NCBI GenBank assembly: GCA_016748015.1
Contig: JAAOMT010000239.1
Span: forward strand, 344,356 to 408,355
DNA length: 64,000 nucleotides
DNA from: Geosiphon pyriformis uo1
Taxonomy: Eukaryota > Fungi > Glomeromycota
Reading direction: 5' to 3'
Below, one piece after another: positions 1 through 12,501 of the stretch (positions are counted from its first letter, which is position 1; each line of letters opens with the position of its first letter). The translations under genes were made by a program, and so were the position numbers. The notes under the pieces are model-generated. The model did no database searches, was not told where the DNA came from, and worked only from the letters and a program-made list of their open reading frames with translations.

Positions 1-890
1 AAAATGGTTAATATCTTCTTTAAAGGTTTGTTAAGACTTTTTATCTGGTTTTTCTGCTCATTCAATTATTATTTGTTTAGCGATGATACGGCAATTCTTA
101 TCTGATGTTTTTTGGGGTGAATTAGACTATTTAGTAATTGATACACCACCGGGTTAGTAATTTATTCGTTAGTGAATTGTTTATAGGCATTATATTTAGA
201 CCCTCTATTTCGAATGAATATATTTCTTTTACACTGTAGGGACTTCTGACGAGCACATATCAATAACTGAATACCTAAAAGATCTCAATCCGGATGGAGC
301 AGTCATGGTTACTACACCACAGGTAAATTCTATTATCTTGAGCCAATTTCATAAATTCACGCCTAAATTATCTACCACTCCGTTATTTAGGCCGTGGCAT
401 TAGCTGACGTGCGTAAAGAACTCAACTTTTGCAAAAAAGTAAAATTACCGGTCTTGGGGGTAATTGAGAATATGAGCGGCTTTATATGTCCACATTGTGA
501 GGTATGGATCAGGATTTTTTTAGCATTCGTATTTTGAACTTGGTGAATGAAATTTGTTATATATCTCGACAGGAATGTACCAATTTGTTTTCAACCGGTG
601 GCGGTGAAGCAATGGCACAAGAATTCAAAGTAGACTTTTTGGGTAAGATTTTTATAATAAAATGATTGTTCCAAACTTTTCTAACGCGAGCATTTATTTC
701 TCCATCAACAGGCCGCGTTCCGATTGACCCAGCCTTTAATTTAATAATAGAACAGCAAAATCAACAAGGAATAGTTTCAAAATCCTCAGATAGTACAAAT
801 GAGAATACTCTTATTAAGAAATATGCAGAATCAAATCTATTCAAAGTTTTTACACAGATTACTGAGAAGATAGTTTCAAAGGTGACGTGA
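1..890 (+). CDS. CFD1: Cytosolic Fe-S cluster assembly P-loop NTPase Cfd1/NUBP2 (Mrp/NBP35 family), 3' part; spliced, 5' end outside window
   Basis: Spliced exons read [22 protein letters not shown]...[21 protein letters not shown]...[26 protein letters not shown]...GRVPIDP; stop at 888-890. Cfd1 vs Nbp35 cannot be fully resolved without the N-terminus. Confidence 0.85.
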
Positions 891-1319
891 TCACTAGAAA
901 ATGAAATTCGGATCGCTATCCTTTTCGCCATACAAGGAAGCCTGCCATTCGTTTATTGTCACATAATTTTTTATTTTCTTTTAATATATTAATCTTTTAA
1001 AAAGGCTTTTAATTCAAAAAAGCAAGAACATCTTTTTCGATTTTCAAGTATTCTTGATATAACTGTAACTGACCAACTTTTTTTGCTATTGAATTAATTT
1101 CAAGCAGGAATTGTATTCTTTTGGGTTGCTATTTGTGCTTAGTATTATAACTATAAAGTTTTAAGTCTAGTTTAAATTCTAAAAGAATGTAGAAAAATTT
1201 ATAACCAGCTTAATATTGAATAAGTTGTAAATTTTTGAAATTATATGAAAATAATATTTTTTTTTAGTGCGCTAAGTGCGATCCAACTACCATCTATGGA
1301 AATGCAACAAGGAATATTA

Positions 1320-2067
1320 GAGAGTTTGCGCTACAATGATTTTCTTTGTAAATTTACCTGTAGCCACAAATTTGTGGCTTGTACAAAGAAATTTAAAACC
1401 GGAATTCTTTGTAGATCTCCTCTACAAGTAAGAGATTTTTGTTATCTAATTTTTTGCAATCTGTAGCCCAAAAGCTGACAAGGTATGTCTTATAATATGT
1501 CCAAACCTAAGAGAGATATTCTCGAACCTATTTTAAGACTGTGGACCATTTTTATTGTTAGTGAATAAGCATTCACTATACTAACTGATGGAATTCGGAA
1601 GTGTTCAACAAGTTGTTCTATCTGTGTTTTGTTGAATCTATAAGCCGTTGTCTTCAATATACTTTTCAAAACATTATTGTCACATTAATCATATAAAACT
1701 TTAATCTTCATACCGGAAAAATGCTACACACGTTCGCTCATCAAGTGCATTTAGATCAAGTCTCGTATTGGGAATCAATGGACGTTCAGGTTCAAATATT
1801 GTCTTCATTGTTATGGCCAGTTGCTGTTGACGCTTATGAAGTAGTAGCAGAAGTGTAGCCATTCGCAGGCTGTCAAAAGTCAAGTTCTCGGACTCCATAT
1901 GGTGAGATTTGATACGCGTTTGCATTAAAATTACGTGACATCACTAGCCAATTGCAGAAATAAATTTACAAGGAAAATCATTGTAAGGCAAACTCTGTTC
2001 TACAAGGAATTCCATTTGGGACTGTTAGAAGTAAATTTACAAAGAAATCATTGTAGCGCAAACTCTA
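1320..2067 (-). mobile_element. Non-autonomous PIF/Harbinger-type DNA transposon (internal deletion derivative)
   Basis: 36-37 bp terminal inverted repeats 1321-1357 and 2031-2066, a third TIR copy at 1961-1996, TTA on both flanks (1317-1319, 2068-2070). Spliced remnant LDLNALDERTCVAFFR/FNKTQIEQLVEHFRIP resembles the N-terminus of Harbinger (DDE_Tnp_4) transposases. Confidence 0.75.
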
Positions 2068-2580
2068 TTACAAAATAAAAGTAGCTCACGCGTTGGCTAC
2101 GTATAACCAGCCACCCGGGTTTATTTTTTTTAATATTTTAAAACTACAAATTAAAAGTAAATATAATTATATACATAGATAATTAAAAAAAACAATTTTA
2201 CAAATATTTGATTATATTATAAATTTATTAACAAATAAAAATTTAAATAGTGTATATGCAAGTTTAAATAATGTTTATAAGTAAAAAAATAATTAAGTTA
2301 TATTAAAACAGTAAAATAATCAATTAAAAAATTAAAACCTTAAATTAAAAAACAATTTTATAAACAAATATAATGATTATAGTTAGTTCATATTTTATTA
2401 GAAATAGTATTTTCAAAAAAAGCTGTAATTCTTTGTAATGTCAAATATCAATTAAAAATGTATCAGATGTATTTATTTACAACAAAACATCCAGCCTTCA
2501 ATTTAAATCACGTGTTGATTAATATTCCGAGGTTGGGCAGAGCGGAACCATGATATTAGATAAAAAAATCTTGAAGAATC

Positions 2581-4020
2581 ATGTATCTTTGGTCTGCCAA
2601 CCGCTTAATTTTCAAACCACCCACCTCGAATTTAAGGAAGTTGGCATGGTTTTATTCACATTATCCGCTTAAAAAAGCAATTATAGTGTGCAGTAACTCT
2701 ACGAGATCGATAAGGGCTACAAAAACGAATGACTCTAGCAAAGAAATTTCCAAAGAGGAAGACTCGCAAGAAGAACAACAGATTCAAATATGGAAACCTA
2801 CAGAGACGCAAATAGCCTGGAGAGTGAGAAAAAAAACCGAGCGACAAGAACTGTTGAGGCAACAGGAGGAAGAGCCAGTTCCCCAATGGACACCCCAGTC
2901 TATTCGCTTGGGGGCCCTTGCGAGAAAGCAAGGTATGACTTCTCTTTGGAACGAGTGGGGCGTACTAATACCCTGTACAGTTTTAAAGGTAAATTCACAA
3001 TTTATGTTTTATTTAAATTTATTTTTCATCCTCACAATATTGCTCTATCATGTACAAAACGGGAAATAAGCTGGAGAATTGTCAAGTGATCCAAAACGTG
3101 ATTCACCATTCTGACTCCAGGCCGCCAAACACGTGCGACGTACAACTCGGTTGCACAAATAATCCAAAACCCCAAAATATGACCCTTGCCCTCCGAAATC
3201 ATTTCATGAGGGCTGGGATTCACCCCAAAAGACATGTTCAGAATTTTAGGATCACTCCCGATGCTAGGCTCCCAGTTGGTAAGTTGTTATTTGCCTCAAG
3301 CTTTATTTTGATTGAAAGGATATAGAGATTTTAAATGTTGGTATGTTGTGTTAATTGAACTTTAAAGGAACCGAGATCGTAGCTGCACATTTTGTGCCTG
3401 GCCAATACGTGGATATCAAAGGAGTCTCGTAAGTTGGCTATTTTCAGATCATAAAACAATTTACCTTATGCAACATGATTCAATCTAGATAAGCTAAAAT
3501 GTGATTTTCTTCGGAAAGGATTGGAAAAGGTTTTGCAGGTGTAATGAAACGATGGGGTTTCAAAGGCATGCCGGCATCGCATGGAACTTCCGGAACCCAT
3601 CGCCATGCTGGCTCCACAGGTCAACGAACGGTTCGCCTTTTTAATTTTGACATTTTCCATCTTTTTGTTAGATTTCTTTATGAAATTTAATTTCTTTACG
3701 TTCAGGATCCTGGGAAAGTTTTTAAGGGGAAAAAAATGGCTGGTCGCATGGGTCACGACACCTGTACTACTCAGAATTTACAGGTGGTTAAAATTGATAA
3801 CGCTCTTAACATTATTTACGTTAAAGGGACTATCGCTGGATACGCTAAACAAGTCGTTCGAATTACGGATGCGGTGAAAAAGTGGGGCGATTCGAAATTT
3901 CCAAAGGATGCCTTGCCACCACCATTTCCTACTATTGACCCGCGAGTAGTCGCTAGCATGCCAAGAGAGATAATTTACAAATCTGGTGGATCTGATCCTC
4001 TTTTAAAAAAGGACTCATGA
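2581..4020 (+). CDS. MRPL3: Mitochondrial 54S ribosomal protein uL3m (5 exons)
   Basis: [86 protein letters not shown]; basic N-terminal presequence. Confidence 0.93.
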
Positions 4021-4223
4021 TAGTTATCAAAAAGGTTGATTTGAGGCCCTTTACTCAGTTCATTAAAATTTTTATAATGTAAATGTAGAAAAATGAAGGG
4101 ATGAAAAAATCAATAATTGTCCTTGAAGGTAATGTTTCTATGAAATGACCAAAATTCGACTGGATAAGTAAAAAATATTTTCAACTTGGAACTTTATATC
4201 TAATTCTTTTATGAGAATATAGT

Positions 4224-4896
4224 CTATTGGGAAGTTTGGTTTTCCTCGGGAGAAGGCCTTGGTGGTTTGGGACGATCTGCAAAGATTAATTAAGTAAAAA
4301 TATTAAATCATAAAGAAACCTATTGGAAAATTAAAGCTACCTTTATATTGTGGCTGACGTTCATACGCGTTTGGACTATCGCTTCTATTACGGCTTGGCC
4401 GTTTGTTATGGCCATGATGATGATGACGATGGGAATTGCCAATATCTTCATTCTCACGGTTGTGCGAATGATTGTCGTCATCTTCGGAACTAGAGCTTTC
4501 ACTACTCGAAGATGACTCATCAAAGGCCCGGGGCTTATGATATATACAACAAACTAGTTATAAGAAGAGTAATCAGCGATTGGCCCACAGTTTTAAGACG
4601 AGTGTAATCTTATCAACTTTTAACCTACCTTTTGACTTTTTCTTTCCCATTCCTTCATTATCAACCACCCCTTCGTCCCACTGTACTTTCCTATCAACAC
4701 TGCTACCACCATGAAGCTTTAATGTACCGTCAACCACTACCGCGTCTTCAGGGCGCGTCGTCCCACTGTCACCAACTGAACTTTCTTCACCCAATTCCTC
4801 TGGGTGTAAGGTCATTGTACGTGAGCCATAAGTTGCTGGTGGCCCTTGTGAAGCAATGACTCGCGTACGATAGCTCAACGATTGTCCAGCAGCCAT
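4224..4896 (-). CDS. YPI1: Protein phosphatase 1 inhibitor-3 (Ypi1/PPP1R11), 3 exons
   Basis: RVxF-type motif RKVQWDEGVVDNEGMGKKKSK, then CCIYHKPRAFDESSSS, His-rich tract and PNAYERQP. Confidence 0.92.
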
Positions 4897-5144
4897 TATC
4901 GAGAAAATAAAAGAGTAAATAATTTTATATCGGTGAAAAGGAAAATTATTTTTTGTATTTGGCGGAATGAAACTTGTATTTATAAAATTTGGGCAATTTA
5001 TATTTCATATGTGTCGTAATGATAGTGCGTAACTAGTTCTAATAATTAATGGTGAAGTAATCAATTCTTGATTTTCCGATCAATTATAGTTTGACTATTA
5101 CTTTGAGAACCAAAACATTTCTAGCTCTCGTTTGCATTTACCCT

Positions 5145-6232
5145 ATGTCAGAATATAAGGTGACTTCAAAAGGAAAGTTAAGTTTTAAAGGTGATAAAAT
5201 ATCAAAGTAAGGAAGGTTCACAAACGTTACATAGAGTTTTCCACGGATCTTGTCCTTTTGATAACTTATAGATGTTTTTCAAAAGAAAAAAGAAAAAGAG
5301 GAAAGCCGAAGAAAGTTTTGAAGAAGAAGGAGACCAAGAAGGTAATAATATCATTAATATTATCACTTAGATTGTTAACTTAGTAATTCGTTATTTTGTA
5401 GGATGGGTTTTCGCAAATTCAGTAGAAGACCTCATCGGCCCAATCTGCTTGATTTTTAATAACGAACCTCTTTGCTGCTTGCACCTGTCTGAAAAAGATC
5501 ACTCGATAAATATCGCACCCCTCCCCAATCAACAGCTCTCTAGCTGTGAACCCGAGAGCGTCTATAGTGTCTTCATCGGAGCACGTATTGTCGGTAATTT
5601 GGAACATATCTCTCTGAAAACCTGTGATGGGAAGTATCTTTCTTCGGATAAATTTGGCATAATCACCGCTGATACAGAGGCTATTGGGCCACAAGAGGAA
5701 TGGACGCCAGTTATACGTGGGGATGGCATCGCCTTCCAGAATTCCTATGACTGCTTTTTGAGTGTTGATGAAATTGCTGATGGGGGATATAAATTACGGG
5801 CTGATGTCGAAACGATCGGCTTTTGTGAGACATGGCGTGTAAAGTGTCAGGCACGCTTTCGAAAAAAGAAAAAGAATGCCCTAACTGAGGATAAACCCGT
5901 CCACAATTTTGAGATCGAGACTGTGTAAAAATTTTTATAATGGCTTGCTGATCACTTTATTGAATGGCCTAGCATCAACAAGTTATATTAATTTTTAGGA
6001 AAAAATATCAAACTTGGGGTGGTGGCCGTATTAAGACTACTAAGGAAGACTTAACAGAGTTGAAAAAGGCAAAAAAGCAAGGGAACTTGAATGAAGCGTA
6101 TGTAATTTACTTATATAAATTTTGTGCTCTTTCCCTATATGCTTCATAACTCTCGACCGCTTGATATATTTCCGAACCTACAGATTACTAGACCGTCGTG
6201 AAAAAGTAAAGGCTGATCGGTATTGTAAATGA
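5145..6232 (+). CDS. FRG1: FRG1-like protein (fascin-like domain, spliceosome-associated)
   Basis: N-terminal KLSFKGDK..KKKKRK, SLKTCDGKYLSSDKFG, EAIGPQEEW, C-terminal GNLNEALLDRREKVKADRYCK*. Confidence 0.92.
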
Positions 6233-6692
6233 GCCAAAATTGGAATATGCATCTTGGTCTAATTGGTGAGAAATCTTTTTTTCTCAGGGATGCTATAGTT
6301 GCGATGATGAAAAGATTGTCAATACATATCGTTATCTGAAATTTTTTATCAACCTTTATTAATAAGGGTTTAATGAGGACTGGTTTAATCTTCTCTCTGA
6401 GGAACAAAATGTCCATTTTAATTTTGTAAACTTTATGCGTCATTTATTTAACACTATTTGCTTTTTCTGATATTAGGAGGTCGTTTCTTCCAATTCTCAA
6501 TAAATATTTAGAGAGGCTATCGCATAAGGATTAAAAACGGGTGAATTTTTGTATTTAGTTGAATCGAATATTTTAATATTTCAACCTTATATTTTTCTAT
6601 ATTTAAGTCTATTCCAATTCCTTGCGCCAAATGGATCTATTGGTCAAAAGCTACTCGTTTGATATTTAAAGATTGAAAGATACATGTACGTT

Positions 6693-8175
6693 CTAGTCTT
6701 CATTTGAAAATTCATTTTTTTCGAGACTAGAATCCGAATACTTTACATCTTGGAATAATGTATCGTGGGACGCATCCTTCACTATGTAAGCCCATGTGAT
6801 ACAATAATGTGCAGCTAAAAGCCGCCATTCTTCAAGTTCGTCAAGAACCTCCAGTTGGGAAACCCTGAACAAGACGCAATTAATGAGAATCAAATAAATT
6901 TTTGTGAATAGCAGGTCTGATCTGCTCATTTCATCGAGTACCTGGACAATTCTTTGTGGTCAATATAATGGTCATGGAGCTGGTTTATATCCACTGCACC
7001 GGCAAAAGTCCAGCCACGTGAAACAAACCGATTTTTTTGAGAATCGACATCTGGGTATGCTTGGATTCCTCGTAATTCAATATTACGTAATCGTAGATTT
7101 TGCAACATGACCACTCCAAATGCGTCATCTGGTAAAATTTGTTCATATATGATGAACATAGCAGCTTCCATGCTCTCGCTGATCCATTGAATAATCATAT
7201 CCGAATCTCCGTGTTCCATGTATATCAATACGCATTCGGAAAGAAATAAAGTAGGAAAACTAAAATGTACTTCATGGAGTGAGCTTGATTACTTATTGGT
7301 AAATCAATATAGCCATTTTAGTGGCACCTTTTATCAAATCCGTGAGATTCCATTCGTGGCACTAAGTGTTCGACGAAGTCTTTCAAGTCGCCGGATAGCA
7401 GGCAATAATCGGATGCGTAAAGCTCCGCTCCGCCCATTCCTATGAGATTTTGGGAGGAAGTTCAATCTTTGCTATCACTTTGAACTTCTTTGGAATCGAG
7501 AGTCATTCAATCCAACAAGATAGTTAACCCAACCCAATTGAGCATCTCGCCCTATTATTTCTGCCAATTCTTGATGCTTTCGAATTACTGCTATTTTCTT
7601 CGCAGTAATCTCCGGGTAATCTATCTCGAAGTATTTTTTGAAACTTATATTGTTTGACTAGCCATTTTAAATGCAGAATTAGCACATTTTGGTGTTTAAT
7701 TGAGAAGGGGCAAGCGACTAAATACCTTGAAATGAAAATATCGTGTATCCGAACCAGCTCCCAGTGAAACAATTTGTTTATTTGAATTCAGTTCTTCACC
7801 ATGATCTGTTTGTAGAAACTTTTTGATCAAAAAATCTATTCCGGCGGAGCGAATATAAGTCCCTTTTGATAATAATATGGTAAAAAAGCCACGTTAAACA
7901 TAATTGAAGTAATCTGACAAATTTGCATAGTTCCAACCTCTATTGATAATGGGTGGTCGCCTGGAGGGCTTCCGCACAAAATATTTTACAAAGGGGTCTT
8001 GAATGTAGCCAGTGTTTACCGCTGATCTGCCAGGTAAGTGGAATAAATGTAGTGGTTGCAAAAGTGTTTGCCAAATAATTCTTCTTACAGGCAACCAAAG
8101 TAAAGCTTACAGTTTGCTAATTATAGCATCGTCGTTAGTTCCGCGTATTGCCTTTTCAAGAAGAGCAGAGTTCAT
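6693..8175 (-). CDS. PPM1: Leucine carboxyl methyltransferase 1 (PP2A methylase)
   Basis: IRGTNDDA..SK/SAV..GY..DPF, RRPPIINRG, SLGAGSDTR, TLFLSECVLIYM, YEQILPDDAFG..ML.NL, LEVLDELEEWRLLAAHYCI. Confidence 0.92.
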
Positions 8176-8331
8176 AGCGAAGCAAGTTCAATACCTAAAA
8201 AGTATGTTTCAAACAAATGTTTCACAGTTTTGATCATTTAATGCCCGAGTTCGAAAATATAGCTATAAAGATCTGTTCATAGAACTTGCGCAAGAATTAG
8301 ATATTTTTTACAAAAAAAAAACCGCAAAACA

Positions 8332-11300
8332 TGGATAAGATTGAGCTCAGTTCAGTTGCAAAAGGCTCGCTTGAAGAATTAACGTCTGATAAAGGGGCGT
8401 CTTCTACTGAACTTGAAAAACTTTTAAAAAAGCTCCTTGGAGAAATAAAAGAACAGGTTTTTATTTCGTCGACTTGTGTAAGCTCTTTATATGTGATATA
8501 GGCTACCAATTATTTTCTTTTATCTCGAAAGTAGAGCTTAGTTGAAAAAAATGAAGACTTGGAGAATCTACCTATAGACAACTATGATTTTTCTTTTGAC
8601 GAAGTTGATGGTAATCCTTTTTGTGAATTTTAACTTATGACGGCTAATCTTTTTTCGTGTACTTTCTTATTAACTGTGCTTATCTTGATAAGAAAATACT
8701 TCGTCTTTCGTAATTTTTGCCAGATCGAATATCAGAGTTCCAAGAAGATGAATTTGTTCGAGAGGCTTTTGCAAAAGTAAATTTCTCAAATTCCAAAGGC
8801 CATGGTTAATTAATCTGATCCTTGATCTGAAATTTTTATCACAAATAGGGAATGGATCTACGCGTGTATGCACAGAATATCGAGAACGAGTTGCAAGAAA
8901 TTGAGCGCGATCATGAATCTGACTGTAACCAAAAGATGCTAGCCATTGACTACTTATTATTTAATGGAAAAGAGCAGATTTCGCTAATCATAAAATCATT
9001 CTTGCAGATGTTAATCAGACACGGAATTTTGTTGAGCTCCATAATCAAGTTCAGGTAAGAAGTATTATTTCTTTATAATCATCAAAACTTGTCAAACTTC
9101 AATTTTTCTCTTTTCATCCAGTCTTGTGATGAAATATTGGCAAAAATGGAAGATATGCTGAGCGTCTTCCAAATGGATTTAGGGAATATTAGCAGCGAGA
9201 TCGAGACACTGCAGGAACAGTCACTGACCATGAATATCAAGTTCAAGAATCGCACAGTAATGATGAATATTTTGATCCACTAAAATTAGAGATTATGAAT
9301 TTCTTTTAATGAAATTTTCTCACGATAGGCTGTCGAAAAACAACTCAGTCAAGTTTTGGATGAGGTTATAATATCGCCATCCATGATCAAGTAAATAAAA
9401 TCTCTAAAGTTTAAAATACATTATGTTATTCTTACCCTCCTTAATTTATTATATAGAAAAATAACAGAGGGCGATGTTGATGATGCATGGCTTGCCTACC
9501 TCATTGAACTCAATAAGAAAATGATCTATATAAAGACGAATCAAGACAAAAATATAAAGGCAATCAAAGATGTCGGACCAGAACTAGAGAAATTACGCCT
9601 CAAGGTTATTTTCGAGATTTTAATTTCAATTTTTTGTGCCTATTAATTTTCATCTCCTCTTTATGCTTGCATCCTTTCAGGCTACCGAGAAAATACGTGA
9701 ATTTCTTCTCACTAAAATTAAATCCTTACGCATCCCTAACACCAATGTGCAAATGATGCAACAATCGGTTCTGTTAAAATATAAAAAACTTTATCAGTTT
9801 GTAATGGATAGATATGGTGAAGTAGCGTTTGAAATTCGTCAGACATATGTAAATACCATGAAATGGTATTTTTTTAACCATTTTGACAGATACAACCAAG
9901 GCTTACAAAGGCTGCAGGTAGCATTGATTTTTGTAATTTTTTCAATTTGAAGTTGATCGCATCAGTCAATCACACCATTTTTAACTTTGATCCAAAAGAA
10001 TCCGATTGCTGATAAATATGATATGATCGGCTATGATGAAAGTAGCAAGAAAGGTTTGAATCATAAGGCAGAATTTTGAAAATTTTTATGTCAAGTTGAT
10101 ATATGTTTATGATGGTATAGGTGGATTATTTGGCACAAGTAAAATCGCCCTACAAGATAAAGTGAACATCTTCGCTTTAGGGGATAGAATAAAGACGTTG
10201 TATGATCAGGATGCTGGAGTCATATTGGTTCACATCGCCGAAAATAATAATCAGGTAGAATAACTTGATTTATTATAAAGCTTTCAATAAATACTCCGAT
10301 TGATATATTTAGGATTTTTTTTAGAAATATACATTTGAAGCAATTTTTAGGAGCTTTAACTTAACCCTTATTGACAATGCCAGTTCAGAATATTTCTTTG
10401 ACGTAGAATTTCTTTCAAAGGACGATGACCCTGCCCTAGAAGTTGCACGGGACTGTTTTGCTGAAATTTTCGATTCAACGATCAAATTGGGTTTGGTAAT
10501 ACATGATTTTTTTTTACTACAGCGTAAATATCGAAATTCATCTCTGATTTTTTTATTAGGCCACTTTAAAACAATATGTCGATAGTAGTTTTGATGCACT
10601 GGGAATTTTGCTTTGCATCCGCCTTAATACGCAGTTCGCAGAGGAACTACAGCGAAGAAGAGTACCAGCCTTAGAAAGTTATACAAATCAGATAAGGATG
10701 TTGTTATGGCCAAGGTTTCAAGCAATTATGGATATGCATGTTGAGAGTGTAAAAAAGGCTAGGAGCAAGTTTGTCACCAAAGACGCCCATCCTCATTATG
10801 TTAGTTGGCTATGAAAAGCTTTAATTCCAGTTTTTGATTAAAAGTTTGATTAATTCTCTACCATTCTTAGATAACGCGTAGGTATGGAGAATTTGCGGCA
10901 TCTATTTTGACTCTCAATGAAGAATATAGTGATCCGATATTGATAAATAGGTTAATTTCATTTTTCTTATGATTCTTCCTGTTGATGCACCAACAAATAA
11001 TCAAATTTTTACTATGATTAATTGTTGATTGACCAAGCAATTACTATTCGATACAGCCTGTCCAGATTGCGAAGTGAAGTGACTTTGATGCTAAACAAAA
11101 TGTCAGGTGGATTTGATGATCGTAAAAGTCGGCTCATTTTCCTAATAAATAACTATGACCTAATCATTACTTTTTTGGCTGTAAGTTTCAACATGTTACC
11201 GATTTCTTGATTTAATATAAATTTTTACAAAAGAGCTAACCCTAGTCTCTTGATAGGAAATCGGTGGGAAAGCTGTTGATTCTGAAATAGCACATTTCAA

Positions 11301-11768
11301 GGAACTTTTAAATTCGAAAGTGGGGGGATTTGTTGAGGAAGAGTTGGAGCCCTATTTTGGTGGGCTTATCGCTTTCGTCAAGATGGCTCAAGAGGCAAAG
11401 GATATTAATGAGCTTGATCCTGGTAATGAAAAGCAACATCTAACGTGATTTTTTTCAAACATTAATCCTTTATTCCGACTAATCTCATCCACCACTCAGA
11501 GATGTTTGAAAGAGTCTCGGCTGATTTCTCTGCAACCTGGCGTCAATCAATCACCTCAATCAACTCGTCAGTTATCCAGAATTTCTCGAATTTCAAAAAT
11601 GGTACGGCAGTATTGCATGCGGTTCTTGGACAATTGATTATTTATTACACAAACTTTCACAACTGTTTGGAAATGCGAATGAAAGATGGCACATTACGGG
11701 TCAGACAGCAGCCAGTTGGTGTACAGGCTGTGATGGTAGAAATTAAAAGATTTCGAAGTAATTTTTGA
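8332..11768 (+). CDS. VPS52: GARP complex subunit Vps52/Sac2 (multi-exon)
   Basis: CDEILAKMEDMLSVFQMDLGNISSEIETLQEQS, PELEKLRLKATEKIREFL, FEAIFRSFNLTLIDNASSEY, LWPRFQAIMDMHVESV, PHYITRRYGEF, FLINNYDLI, QNFSNFKNGT, MVEIKRFRSNF*. Confidence 0.93.
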
Positions 11769-12354
11769 ACACACTTTTTGGATTGATTAAAATATTTAAG
11801 ATCCTAGAAAGGATATCTTCTTTATCAAATGTATATTTGTTTAAACATGTATTGAAATTTTGTATAATAAAATGCCACCAAAATTGAGGCAAAAGACCAA
11901 GTTTCAATCGAGAAATCAACATTAAAAGATTTTATTCAAAGAATGATATATACAGAAATGCCGATTTTTGCGCCTTTTTGCTAACTATTACAACAATAAC
12001 AAGAATAGGCAAATACAAAAAAAATTAGAATCTGTTCTATTTCCTGAACCCTAATTCTTTGTTCTTTATACAAAAAGCCCAAGCCAAAGAAGGGTTATGA
12101 AAAAATTATTGCTGTTGCTTGGTATCAGGCAAAACTCTTGTACTGCTAAAAGGCCCAAAATTGAATCTTGAATGATTATAGATACTCTAGAAAGTTCGAG
12201 AAAAGTTGCGATAAGTATCTACGAAGTTCAAAAGATTTCACTGGATCTCTAATCTCATTAAATTATCCCAATGGTGGGATTCACTGAGGAGATTAAGATT
12301 ATTGTTGAACTAGGATGAACTCATCGTTCTTGTTGTTGTCATCATGATCGTCAA

Positions 12355-12422
12355 CACCACCACCACCACCACTACTACTACTACTACTACCACTACCACC
12401 ACCACCACCGCCACCATCACCA
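12355..12422. repeat. Compound (CAC)n/(CTA)n trinucleotide microsatellite downstream of CDH1
   Basis: caccaccaccacc...actactactacta...caccaccacc seen directly. Confidence 0.85.
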
Positions 12423-12501
12423 CAAATTCAACCATGTGCGCGACTAGCGAAATTTTAACCCAGGTCAAATGATAATTGCCCTTGTGTATGTGTGTATAAT
12501 A

